From: Eledone cirrhosa
Lineage: Eukaryota
Reading direction: 5' to 3'
Length of the DNA stretch: 64,000 bases
Assembly: GCA_964016885.1 (NCBI GenBank)
Contig: OZ024753.1
Location: 32,860,001-32,924,000, forward strand
Under the pieces are notes generated by a model that was not told where the DNA came from, did no database searches, and saw only the letters and a program-made list of their open reading frames with translations. This document shows, piece by piece, positions 50,662 through 64,000 of this stretch. The number at the start of each line of letters is the position of its first letter. Positions within the stretch are counted from its first letter, which is position 1. A program made the position numbers and the translations under genes.

Positions 50662-50860
50662 TTCTTTGTGTATATATATATATATATATACACACACATT
50701 GTGTGTATATATATATATATATATACACACACATTGTGTGTATATATATATATATATATACACACACATTGTGCATATATAAATATATATATACACATTG
50801 TGTATATATAAATATATATATATATACACACATTGTGTATATATAAATATATATATATAT

Positions 50861-51381
50861 ATTTCGTTTCTGAATTTGTTTAGCAAGATTCTTTATCTGA
50901 AATCGTGTGTTGAAACCGATATTGTTATACTTTGGGAGAGTCATGTTGCCAATAAGAAACACACGCACCAGTTGCTTTCACTTCAATTTATTATAATAAA
51001 TTTATAATAAATTTATAAATTTCTGGTTGGTTGGCTGGTTCCACAACCAGATAGTTGTTTATATATTGTCATAGTTTTTTCGTCACACACTCTGTGACCT
51101 CTTCATTCACTGGGGATTCCTTTCTTTGTTTCTGTGCCTCTCCTTTGTTCTGTCCTACGCCATTTTGTTTCTGTGTATGTCACTGAAGAGGTCACAGAGT
51201 GTGTGACGAAAGAACTATGACAATATATAAACAACTATCTGGTTGTGGAACCAGCCAACCAACCAGAAATTTATAAATTCATAAATTTATTATAAATTTA
51301 TTATAAATTTATTATAATAAATTGAAGTGAAAGCAACTGGTGCGTGTGTTTCTTATTGGCAACATGACCCTCCCAAAGTAT

Positions 51382-51390
<9 letters not shown>
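50861..51390. mobile_element. Fold-back pLTR (41-kb family) with mutated - HHR (51067-51111) and intact + HHR
   Basis: Inverted arms with junction at about 51178. Confidence 0.88.
51178..51222 (+). ncRNA. Minimal type I HHR
   Basis: tgtca CTGAAGA ggtcacagagtgtgtgac GAAA gaac TA tgaca. Confidence 0.8.
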
Positions 51391-51421
<31 letters not shown>

Positions 51422-52507
51422 TGTGTATATATATATATATATATATACACATTGTGTATATATATATATATATACATATTGTGTATATATAAATATATAT
51501 ATATATACATATTGTGTATATATAAATATATATATATATACATATTGTGTATATATAAATATATATATATATACATATTGTGTATATATAAATATATATA
51601 TATATACATATTGTGTATATATAAATATATATATATATACACACACACATTGTGTATATATAACTATATATATATATACACAATGCATACGCAATATGCG
51701 TGTGTGGGTGTGCGGGTGTGCGCGCGCGCTCTAATCAGCCTTAATTCAATTTGTTAGTCATACATTTGGGGGTCGACAAAGTAGGAATCCAGTAGTGGGG
51801 TCGATCATTCCACTCTCTTGCATATTTCTTCGTCAATATACATTTCTATATTCTGTCTTCCTTTATTTCGTCATCTCACTTATTTTGCTTTATTTTCTAT
51901 TCTATTACTTGTATTGTTTCTTTTTCATTCTGCACAGACCTGGTATGAGTTGGACTCCACCTGGATTTAAATTAAAACACTACGGCATCCCTTCATCTTC
52001 ATCCGAAACAGAGATATATGCGTGTATGTTAGAATGAGGCTATATTTGTATTCGTGTGTGTGTGTGTATGTATGTGTGTATGCATTCATGTATGTATATA
52101 TGCACGACTTTATCTATCTGAATAGTTTATATACTACAATGTGTTTGACCCAACTACAAAAATAATGCAATTTACACATATTCATGAGAAATTATATCTA
52201 AAATATATTATTATTTTCTTCCACTCAATTCACTTAAACATTTCCGATAATCACATTAATTAGCTACGTTTAAATGTCATTATTTCCGATCGTGTCAAAA
52301 CCCCATTATAGATAACTAAGGATAATTATCTTCAGTAGAAAACAAAAAAGGATATTATTAATTATATTGTTGTTGATGGGCTGATTACTGGAGCAAAATA
52401 AACATACGCAGACACAGATTTATGCAACTCTATGAATATTTCCATCTTATTATATCCAAACCATTCTATGTCACCTTCTTCTCACTCTCTATCAAATCTC
52501 TCTCGCT

Positions 52508-52508
52508 A

Positions 52509-52547
<39 letters not shown>

Positions 52548-52690
52548 CAATAACAGCAACATCAGCATTAGTAGTAGTAGCAGCAGCAGCAGCAGCAATA
52601 ACAGCAACATCAGCATTAGTAGTAGTAGTAGTAGCAGCAGCAGCAATAACAGCAACATCAGCAGCAGAAGTAGTAGTAGTAGTAGTAGAA
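52508..52690. repeat. (AGT)n/(AGC)n compound trinucleotide repeat
   Basis: Direct inspection of the sequence. Confidence 0.95.
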
Positions 52691-53072
52691 GTGTTACTAA
52701 CCCTTCATTAACTTTTTCTGGGTTGTTGAAAGAAGGGGCGAGAGTGGCGAGCATAGCTCGAAGTAAATAAGTGTACGTATGTAGATTAGTAGACAACTGG
52801 ATGTGTGTGTGCGTGTGGGGGGGGGGATTGCCCTAGTGGTCAGGGTGACCGTAGCTTTTGGTGGGGCTCCTCCATGAGTGAATCTCGGCGGTCTCCTTTG
52901 TTGTTTCACATTTTAAAAAAATATTTCTTGTTTTTTTTTTTGTTTTTTTTTTAGTATTCTACACACAGAAACCCACACTGTAACATCGTGGGACATGTTT
53001 ATATTGTTTATTTAATGTCAGCCCTGTGTGGTTAACAACGAAATCATTATATCTCGTTGAGTTTAGCTATGC

Positions 53073-53388
53073 ATTTCATCCTTACGGGGTCGATTAGATA
53101 AAGTACCAGTTAGGCATTGGGGTCGATTTAATCCACTTTCCCCTGCCCTTCAAAATGTGCTGACCTTGTGCCTAAATCAGAAACCATTATCATTTGGATT
53201 CGCAGTATCGGTAGAGCATCATACACCATCATTTGCAGCATAGAGTTATGGCCCTTTACGTTCTGAGTTCAAATCACACCGAGCTTAACTTTGCCTTTCA
53301 TCCTTACGGGATCGATGAAATAAAGCACCAGTGATACGCTGGTGTAATCGCTGGCATTGTGCCAAAAGTAGAAGAAATTATTATTATT
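53073..53388 (+). mobile_element. Two adjacent diverged SINE copies
   Basis: tttcatccttacggg(g/a)tcgat...aaag(t/c)accag occurs twice; (ATT) tails. Confidence 0.72.
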
Positions 53389-54394
53389 TTGTCTCTATGT
53401 ATGCTAATCTTCTGAAATTCAATTATAGAGTAGTTCATTTATTTTGTTTGACATCAACCAAGGCTGTCATAAATCTAGCGGTATAAATGTTTACTTACCT
53501 CCAGTTTAGTCTCAGTACAATGACACACCAATGCCAACGATACAGTATATGATTAGAAGTATGCTAATATTTACAACATAATATACACGCAAACATACAT
53601 GTACATACACATATGTATGCATGTATAAATGCAGAACCGGCGCTACCATATAGGAAAACTAGGCAACATAGGGCGCTGATTTTAGGGGGCGCATTTCTCC
53701 AAATCAACCTCAATTATGATAAATAAATATATAAATTTCAGTTTTATTGAGGGTCGTCGTTTTTTATGCTGGTTTATTTCATACAGAGCATTGAGAAGTG
53801 TGCTTGAGTGTGTCGATATATTTTGGAAAATACTGAGCAAATATAGAAAATTTAAATCTATTTGGAGAGAGATGCGCGGCTCGGATCACGCTGGAGTTTC
53901 TGTACATATCTTTTTCCAATGCTAATTTACCCGAATTATTTGACTATTTTATATTTAATATACGCATTGTGGCAGATGTTCATAATAAAAGCATATATGA
54001 TGAAAACTGGTGTCCTAGATGTACTTTCTCTGTAAATTTCTACATTTGTTTTTAATAAGATTGCCTGTTCAATGCACTGAAATATTTAACAATATTTTAA
54101 GAAGATTTATAGCATAGAAATACTGCAAATGAAAACTCAAAACGAATAATTTAATCGGCTTAAAACTAGGAATTTTTCTGAACCAATTCAAATAAAATTA
54201 TAAATATTCTAAATCAAAAATTCTACTTCAACTTGGCATTATTATAGGCTTCTACTACAAAATAAGTTGCCTTAAATGTGTGTAATAAATATTGCTGGAT
54301 AAACGATAGTAGCAACTGTCAAGCAGTGATTTTGCTTTACCAAGAGGGTTTGGTGTGAAAATCATATTAGTTATACATACTCAAAAGTATATAT

Positions 54395-54598
54395 ATATTG
54401 TTATACTTGGGCAAGGTCATATTCTTATAATATTGCCAGAAATAATAACAGTTTGGTTTGGTTTTCGCTTCTGTATCTTTTATAACCAAACAGTGAATGT
54501 GTTCTGTTATTATTTCTGGCAATATTAAAACAATATGACCCTCCCCAAGTATAACAATATTTGTTTCGACACACGATTTCATATCAAAACCCTTGCAA

Positions 54599-54605
<7 letters not shown>
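54395..54605. mobile_element. Fold-back remnant of pLTR 3' end (family of the 47.9-kb PLE)
   Basis: Inverted arms match 50520-50630 and the reverse complement of 47870-47912. Confidence 0.82.
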
Positions 54606-54652
<47 letters not shown>

Positions 54653-54739
54653 CAAATATACGTACACACACACATATATATATATTTACATATATGGTAA
54701 CCGGGGTGGCCATAGACACAAGAATGGGATATAGATGAC

Positions 54740-54872
54740 AAATCTTCCCCAGTAACTGACCGGTATATATTTTATTGGCCCTGCAAAGTTGACCTCGGTG
54801 GGATGGGAATTCAGAACGTAGAGGGCCGGAACGATTACCGCAAAACATTTCATCCAACTCTGCCAATTCAGT
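54740..54872 (-). mobile_element. Diverged SINE
   Basis: gcaaagttgacctcggtggga..gaattcagaacgta..ctctgccaattca. Confidence 0.6.
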
Positions 54873-56254
54873 GGCTCTATTGACATAGTAACCTCATGAA
54901 AATAAGTGCGATACACTTGTGGTCTTATACAGAGCACACATCAATTGAAACTAATACACTTAATGTAGGTTTGTAAGTTGTTTCATGATTTTACTTGTTT
55001 CTATACCTTTGAGGCTCTTGTCCATAAGTACATATCACTCTAATGAGGCTATTTAAATAATTCAAGTAGCTTGAAAGAGTTTATATACAGATTCGACGTA
55101 TCTTTCATTCAAAAACACGACTGTCATTCTACCTTAGCGTGGGATGAGATCGAAATACTTGAAAACTAATCATTTATCTTTCTTGCTTAAAATTAATTTA
55201 CCGTTGTTTATTTCATTTAGGATTCTTATATTCCTCTTCATTGCAATATCTTGTGAGCATCTGTGTATATAGGTTAGAAAGAGTAGTTTTAATGGGCTGC
55301 GATTTTGAAAATTAGCTTATTTAGTGGTTGCAAAGCGAAAGAGTGGTTCACAAACATATTTCGCAATCATATAGCACCGAATTAGATCACACTGCTTCGT
55401 ATTTCGGACAGATGTCTTTTCCCATAGCCTCGATTCAACAAAAAAACCCCTCTAAGTGAAATCAGGTGGGACGCATCTATTTTGTAGACTACCTGAGATT
55501 CACAGGACCAGTCTGCCTTGCCACCAAATCTGTCACGGGGAATCTCCCTGATAATTAAGATAAGGGTACACATGGTATGATGTGAGACACTTGTACATAC
55601 ATTTCATGATGAGCCTGTTTCTTTAAATCGATCAACCGGTATAACGATCGTCAAAACCGATGGAGGTCCATTCTTTTTAATTGTTTTATTTGTTACAATC
55701 TGTTATGCAGCTGAAATCAAAGTGCAGAGATCCGGATCTAGTGTGACGAGGCATTTATTCCTCCTCTCTAACAACACAATTTCCCGCATTGGCTACATAA
55801 CGCTACGTATATATTTTCGAGTAGGTCAGTGTTTCCAAGTAACGTGCTTCCTTGAGAAGGAATAACATTAACTAATGTACAACAGATTGCTATATGATAT
55901 GTAGGTTGAAATAACTTCAATCGTTGAGCACATTTAAAATATTGTTTACTCAAGTATTTCGATGAATGCTGTGCTTATAGTTTGTAAATATCGAAAGTCA
56001 GACTAACACTATGTGTATTTCAACAGATCGTTTGATATGGTTAGAAATATAGGTACTTAGAAAATAGTTTGCAACGCACGCACGCACACACGCACACACA
56101 CACACACACACACAGTCACCCTGTGATTGTTTTATGTGTTTATTTTAGATATATATATATATGCCAATCAATTGATTGGCATACATATATATTAGTTGAT
56201 ATATATATATATATATATATATATATCAATATATATATATATTCTTAATGTGCT

Positions 56255-56350
56255 TGTGTTTGTGAGTGTGGATGTGTTGTGAGTGTGGATGTGTTTGTAA
56301 GTGTGGATGTGTTTGTGAGTGTGGATGTGTTTGTGAGTGTGGATGTGTTT
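56255..56350. repeat. 18-bp minisatellite (gtgagtgtggatgtgttt) x about 5
   Basis: Direct inspection of the sequence. Confidence 0.88.
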
Positions 56351-58555
56351 GCATACATCTACGAGAGAAAGTATTGTGTGGTTCATTAATTATAGTCAGA
56401 GAAAAGATTTAATAGTTATGGGGGTTAAAAATCATTCTTGTTTAAGTGTACTACTGAAGCGTTAAAAATGTCTAATCCGTCCTGATAAAAACAAGGACTT
56501 ATCAGTTACATCCCATTGCACAATTAAATTAATATTTCTCATTTTCCTAATTAATGAAATTGCTCAACCATGTAATTCTAGACTGCGAGTAATTCTGCTC
56601 AATTATTATTGTCTAATTATTCTAACTTTCGCATGAGGGAATTTCAGAGATTCAATTCTCCTTGAAACACTGCTCATGAATGACTTACATTCGATAAAGG
56701 TGTATTTAAGACTATTAGCCAGCCTTTGTGATAAATCGTATTATAATCTGCAAGCTCACCAGTATTTATGATTTAATTTCTGGTTTCAGTAATTCGATAA
56801 TTTTAGATTTCTCATTTACTCGGTGTTGTCTCATCTAGTATGATATTTCACGAGTTATGCTCGATGTGTTTTATAGAACGAAAAGTATCTTTAATCTTAT
56901 AAATCTGGATGGTTTCTTGCTGTAATTTTCTAGTTTTTATAACAACTATTTTTATGACAACTATTTATAATATTTACACTAACCCTTGGGCATTGCATTA
57001 CTCTATATTTACTATTATATTTTTACGGTAAAAGATATCGAATCTATGTGATTTTGATATTTATTTTGAGAGCAATATCTTAACATTAGTATGAGTGGCC
57101 AGTTACGACCAGTTTGAAGAGAAGAGATGAGAGAATTCTGGTCGGATAATGCCGGTTTAAATGCTAACGGGTTAGTTAATACTTCCTCTTTATATGTAAA
57201 TGAATCCTATTCCTATCTTCCATAATAAGGCGTAGCGTGTGTCCTACTTTAATAGTAGAAAATTAGCACAAACATTATGCATTAGGACTAAATGAATTAG
57301 CTCACCAAATAAAATCAACAGAAAATGTACAAAATCAAATCCTTTTCATGAATAAATTTTCGTTTTCTTTTTATTTAGATATTTAATTATTCTAAGCATA
57401 TAAGTTCAATACATTTGTCCTGCTCTACACAATTATCATTGAACATTGATGTAGTGGGAGAATCAGTAGTGTATAAGCAGATTCTACTTTTTCCCCGAGT
57501 TCAAATCCTGCCGAGATCAACTTTGCCATTTACCCTGATTTGTGTAATACAAACTATATGTATATGTGGACCCTGGTACAATTGTAGGTGCGCCGTAGTG
57601 ACATAATACGTTTCTTGGGCATTTTAGTTAAAACTTGGCGGAGACCATCTCCTCTTCACGCCTGAACATAGAAGTGAGAAAGCCATATACACAATTTGTA
57701 AAAGGAATATAGAGGAATAATCAACCCCAGTACTGAAGTGACACTTTTTTTAATCAAATACGAAGGGAGGGAAATGCAAATTTGACAATAGTGGGATTTG
57801 AACTCTGATCCAGAAAGAATACTACAAAGCATTCTATCGGACGTTCTAACGACGCTGACTCTCTATAGACATTTTTGATTTATATATGACAAGACTGTCA
57901 TCGTTCTCTCATTCTCTAAAACTATATGATAATATTTGAGAGACATTTGAAAGCTATCTCCAGTAGATCTAACGAGGTACTTTGTACACAGAATGAAGCA
58001 TAGATGATATAAATCATACATTTTCCTTACTATTAGTCACATATTTCGTTCAGAAGCTTTATGTTTTAGACGGCAACTCCCAATGTATACACGTGTATTT
58101 GATATATAATAATATATATAATATTTGACAGTTAAATTATTATGACCAAATATAATACTATGCAAAATAACTTTCAGTAAATCTCCTTTTGTTTCCAATT
58201 TCAAACGAGGAAGAAAAAACTGTCAAATACATTTCGATTATCTTATTACAATACCTTAAGAATACACAGACTTTAGAAAACAAGTACTTATATACGATTT
58301 GAATAAATCTATGTAAGAAAGTTATTGTAGCAACGGAAATGTATTCATAGGAACCTTCTTGATAAATAATACATCATTTATTTTTCCAAGCGGAATTAAA
58401 TTATATTCCATTTTTAAAAAGTTTTATATTATTTTAATATATTTTATTTTTCTATCCCCCTCCTATTAACATAGCTTCTTTATGTATAGAATTGCATCAA
58501 TATTTTAAAATTATTATTGCCTACTGTCGTGCTTCTCCCATATGTCTGTCGAAAG

Positions 58556-59253
<698 letters not shown>

Positions 59254-62039
59254 GTGAATGTTTGTATGGTATGATTGCATGTGTGGTGCGTGAAATGACT
59301 TTACATATTGATATATGACCGGAATCATTTTTGTTAACCCGACTTCAATTGAATATTTTAGGTATCAATAAATTATTATGATTTTCTTATATTGAGAATT
59401 TTAATATGAATTCGCTGGCGATTCTTTTAACACATACAACACCAAATTATATGAGGATATCCGTTAGTCTTAATTCGTAATATACAAGCTGTTATTCTAA
59501 TAATTCCACGCTCTTACAAGTCAACACCACTTTGAATTGAAAATTACCCAAACTACCCTATATTTCTATCTTTTCAGAAAAGATCTATGTAAATTTATAG
59601 AGGACTTTGAGACTCATGCCTTAATTGATTTCCTGGAGAAAATGCATATCTGTTTTCAACTACATAAATTACAAATTGATGGGGTCGGTTTGAAACGTGT
59701 AGATGTAATACTCTAAGGTAGTGTGAAAAATGAATGAATACATTATATTCGAACTGACGGAACGCAGATTAGTAACGTACAGAAAAAAGTATAGGGATGA
59801 AAAACGATCTTTGGAGTACACCAATGTTCAATGAGGTGGGGTGGAGAAATAATTGGTTATATGCTGTAGAGAAAAAGAGGCAAGGAGAAAAGTGAGGCAG
59901 AAGAAATAATATTGGTTAGGTCCAGAAAATTCTTATCGAACGAAGGTTTTGTAGCTTTCAAAGCCAACATTTTTGTCACAGAAAATGTTAATGTAGGGCA
60001 GTACTCCATAATGTTCCATGTGATTCTAGAATTACTATAATAAAGTACATCAAATGTAGGACTAGAACAGAAACACTGAACACGCCAACGAAATGTAATG
60101 CATTAATATGTTTCTCTTGGACAGATACAATACATATCATATTGACGATTGTGCATTTGAAATCCAAAGGTAAAAGAGAGCCACTACTTAAAAGTGGGAG
60201 AAACGAATAATATAATCTTTGAACCAGCATGGTGCGATCGAATATACCCATTAAGCAACACAGTATGTGTGGAAAACCGTCCAAATGTCAAGCGTTTCCT
60301 TCTTTCCTTTCTGACATAACATTTGTGTTTAACCAATATGCAATGTGGTCCGTAGAAAGGTCGTCTCCGAGAAAAATAAACAAAATATATCTAAAAATTG
60401 ATCCATTCATGTTTTAATCCAAGGAATATTGGTACAACAATTCTATAAGAAAACAACAACCGTTCTTGCTAAATACAAACATAAGAATATTGGTAGAGTT
60501 CTTTACCACAGAAAAGGAAAGAAAAAAGATAGCAGTATAGTTGATATTGTCATTTCTTTCAAAATGTTTGACATCAACATTTATGGACAACTGCTTCTAA
60601 GCCTACATCTCTCTCCAGACTGTATATCTATTTCTTTCGTAAAACCAATGGATATTCCCATATTATAAATTTACATTTGTAACCATAATATTAGTGCACT
60701 CGTTTATGCATTAATAATTTAGAGAGATAAGCCATACACGACAGTTGGTTTATGTTATTATCGCTGTAAGACATATTAATCATTTTTCGTTCCATTTACA
60801 CATATGATTGTATTGCCTAGGAGTTCGCCTCACAGCAATGTATTTTAGGTCGAGTGACATCTGCTTGACGGTCAATGGCAGAAGCCCATCGTAGATATAT
60901 AGATGTGTGGGTATGTTGATGTATGGATGCGTGCGTGTATGAGGTTTACTGTTTTTTTATGTCCCGATTCTTAGTGGTAGGAGAAAAAGAAATTGACCCC
61001 ATATCTAATGTTTAATTTCTAAAATCATTCGTTTTATGGAACACATTGTTTATTATTGAATGCTTCAATATTTTCAGACGAACAATAATAGAAACGTCTA
61101 CATCCCCTGCGAGTTCAAACTCTATTCAGCGGACAGTTCAGTGGAAATTTATGAGACTTTATTAAAATTTAACTTGTAACTCTATACAGGTTTGGTTTCC
61201 TTAAATTAAAATAATGGAGATTTGTTTCGTAGTTGGAAACGAACGAAGATTCTTTCAATAATTATAGAAGGAAAGAAAGAGATGCTTCCTACATACAAAC
61301 AATTCGACATCTAAACCATTATCTAAATTTCAGTCTTGTAGCTGTGTCGTGTAGTTAGAAACCAAACTATTCATTATAAGAAGATTCCAAAGAATTTTAT
61401 TAAAAAAAAACAATGCTAACACAGACGTACATACAGGCACGCGTACATTCATTCATACATTCAAACCAACACAAATGTGTGTACGTTTATCAGTGTCTGT
61501 ATACATTCACAGGAATTGATTCGTGTTTTTCTGATGTTTTCACTGTAAACAATTGACATCTTCCTGTGATTTTCTTAAGGAGTGGAGAGATTTAATTCAA
61601 ATCACATAATAGAATAAACTGAATATAAAAATAATATCATACAGTAACCCTTCCCCTAAATTACTGTGCACACAAATCTCCATGTTAGTTGTGAACTGGA
61701 TGACATGTTGGGTTTAATGTAGTATAAATAAATTTCAACATCGGTTTTATACGTTCATCATCTAACTATTTCTACTTTACACACAGTCTATATATATTAA
61801 TATATATACACATACACATATTTATATACATGTACATCCGTTTTAAATATACATTCATACATGCATACATACGCTCTACATATATATGTATATATGTCTA
61901 TATACATACATACACACATATACATATTCTGTTTGCTGAATATGGAGGTTGGGCAGGTGGTTGGTTTTGCAGAACTCATGAGAGCCGGTTGGCATTCAGT
62001 TTAGGCTGTTTACTCAATGCTTTCGAACATTAATGGTCA

Positions 62040-62111
<72 letters not shown>

Positions 62112-62300
62112 CGATCGACTTTCTTCAAATCGGACCGAAGAAACAATGTTTCCAGTTGCTAATACTATCTATTGGTCGCAACTCCAGGTAGAAGGAGCAA
62201 CGTGAAATAAAGTGTCTTGCTCAAGGACATAACGCATCTCCAGGTCCGGGAACCGAACTCACAACCTCACGATTGCGAATCCAATTCCCTAGCCACACGC
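62112..62300 (-). mobile_element. SINE (family of 10083)
   Basis: gtgaaataaagtgtcttgctcaagga...gaaccgaactcacaacct. Confidence 0.72.
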
Positions 62301-62319
62301 TATATATATATATGTATAT

Positions 62320-62447
62320 ATTTCTGAAGACAGCATATATATATGTGAAGGTATGTATATTTCCTCTTATAGTTTGTAATATTTTTACATAGATCTATAT
62401 GATATACATACCAACACACATATATATCCTAGAAATGATCGTAGAAT
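62320..62447 (+). ncRNA. Second copy of the long-stem-II HHR (family of 37488), 5' truncated in stem I
   Basis: attt CTGAAGA [atatatatgtg/cacatatatat; ggtatgtatat/atatacatacc] GAAA tgatcg T A gaat. Downstream aatataaggaa is shared with the 37.5-kb copy. Confidence 0.7.
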
Positions 62448-63429
62448 GATGAATTTCTTAATATAAGGAACTTGTTCTTTTTTTTTATTCATTTTTTTTA
62501 TTAATTTATATCTATATATATATATATATATGAACCCTTAAACTATGATGTAGTTATTTCAGTTTTAACAGCACTCATTTTAAACCACTTGCCGAAAATG
62601 TCCAGCTCCAAAATTAAATATAAACACCCATCATTTGATTTACGTTATTCTCAATGTTATAGATGTCATTCCACATATATATTTAATGTTATATAATACT
62701 ATTAATACATACATATTTTAGTGATGACGGGATGCACTCGAATAATTATTGCACGATTTCTTAGATATATTGAAAATACCTTACCTGCAAAGAAAACAAA
62801 ACATGTTTAAATAATAACCTGAGATAATATACACAAAGGAATTAGAATACAATCATGAGAATCTTCATAATATAATGAATATTGCATACGAGATACACTG
62901 AATTAATATATAATAACCAAAGAAGAAAAAGGTGACCGAGCCGCAGGCTACTATCAATATTTTATCATAGAAATACAGTCAACGGAATAATTTCCTTTGT
63001 GGGAGGATTTCGTACATGAATGTTTTATTACATTACTCGTTAGTTATTGTTCATAACTTTCAAAACCTGTCTTTCAAACGTAAATACCCCCTTCAGGTAT
63101 TTTACCTTTGCCACGTGCTTAATAATTTTACAAGTTAACCAAGCATGGTTGTGTATTTCAGAATGTTGCATCGCATCTATGTGGTTTCGGGAACAGTAAC
63201 ACTGCATAGGAACTTGGGCAAACCTTTTCTGCAATAGCTTCGGATTGACTAATAACTTGGAGGGAAATTTGCAGAGGTCGAGTACATTCACATATACACA
63301 CACACATATATATATATATATGTGTCTGTGTTTGAGTGTCTGTATTTATATATATATATATATATATATAAATACAGACACTCAAACACAGACACACAAA
63401 CAGTTGGGTGGTTACAAACGAAAGGGAAG

Positions 63430-63740
63430 TACAATCATGCAATCAGCACAATTTGGAAGTTGAGAAGAGTTATATTAGCAGTTTCGCTTAACCCCGTGCT
63501 AGGGACAGTTTCAAAATGCGTTGTAGAAAAGGAGAGCAAAAATATGTGTGCATTTATATATTTGCGTATCTGTTTCTTATTCGTTTACTGTATACATCCC
63601 GTAACATAACTTTTGCGCAAAACGAGGTCAAGAAGATAAGCCCCAATCTTCAATATCTAAATATTGGGCTTTGTATGATCAACTGCATTCCTTCACAGTG
63701 GTGTCCCAGCATGGCTGCAGACTGACAGCAGTAAAATAAT
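63430..63740 (+). mobile_element. Old SINE with CR1-like tail
   Basis: Ends cagtggtgtcccagcatggctgcagactga..gtaaaataat. Confidence 0.5.
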
Positions 63741-64000
63741 ACGATTTTACAAACTAGTCGCAGGATATTCGTGACCACAGAGAAGGAATAAAATGTTAGA
63801 CATCTATTTTGGCTCTTTTGTTCGTGTATTGCATATCTGGGATTGCGTTATACAATGTTTTTCCATTTTCAAGGTGACATTGTCGGCCTAGTTTCTATGT
63901 CTAGAAGATCTTGCTATATTGTTAACAATTCACATACGGTTGCATATGATGATGTAAAGTCGATGCGTAATAATCGTTAATTATTCAGAGCCGTATTAAT

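Noticed and set aside
52432-52796. Poly-Ser / poly-Leu ORFs
   Set aside because: Translation of a trinucleotide repeat.
53632-53695. Possible DNA-transposon terminus (cagaaccggcgct...ggggcgc)
   Set aside because: No matching opposite terminal repeat was found.
55602-55656. HHR-like remnant (catgatgag...ataacgatcgtc)
   Set aside because: Both core halves are altered; at best a decayed copy.
59668-59708. attaca..ttgatgg..GAAAcgtgTA..tgtaat
   Set aside because: No stem II and a broken core.
59988-60284. Hydrophobic 98-aa ORF (also 23665-23910 and 22613-22897)
   Set aside because: No recognisable motif or splice support; such ORFs are expected by chance in AT-rich DNA.

Overview
AT-rich eukaryotic repeat DNA with no convincing host gene; the SINE types suggest a cephalopod such as Octopus (inference). 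Roughly 40% is (TA)n-derived microsatellite, which produces most of the YIYI ORFs, and these are artefacts. Embedded in it are a CR1/L2-type LINE RT fragment and CR1 3' ends, an RTE fragment, many tRNA-derived SINEs, a non-autonomous Helitron, and three Penelope-like elements (PLEs) with GIY-YIG and/or RT remnants and inverted pseudo-LTRs (pLTRs). The main hidden signal is about 20 type I hammerhead ribozyme (HHR) motifs from roughly 10 sequence families, found by eye. They include a 310-bp tandem retrozyme-like array, three families sharing a UA-bulge/AACA-loop architecture, core variants (U3-A8 and CCGA), HHRs with very long stem II, and fold-back junctions that fall on ribozyme helices. No ribozyme activity has been tested, and repeat boundaries are approximate.
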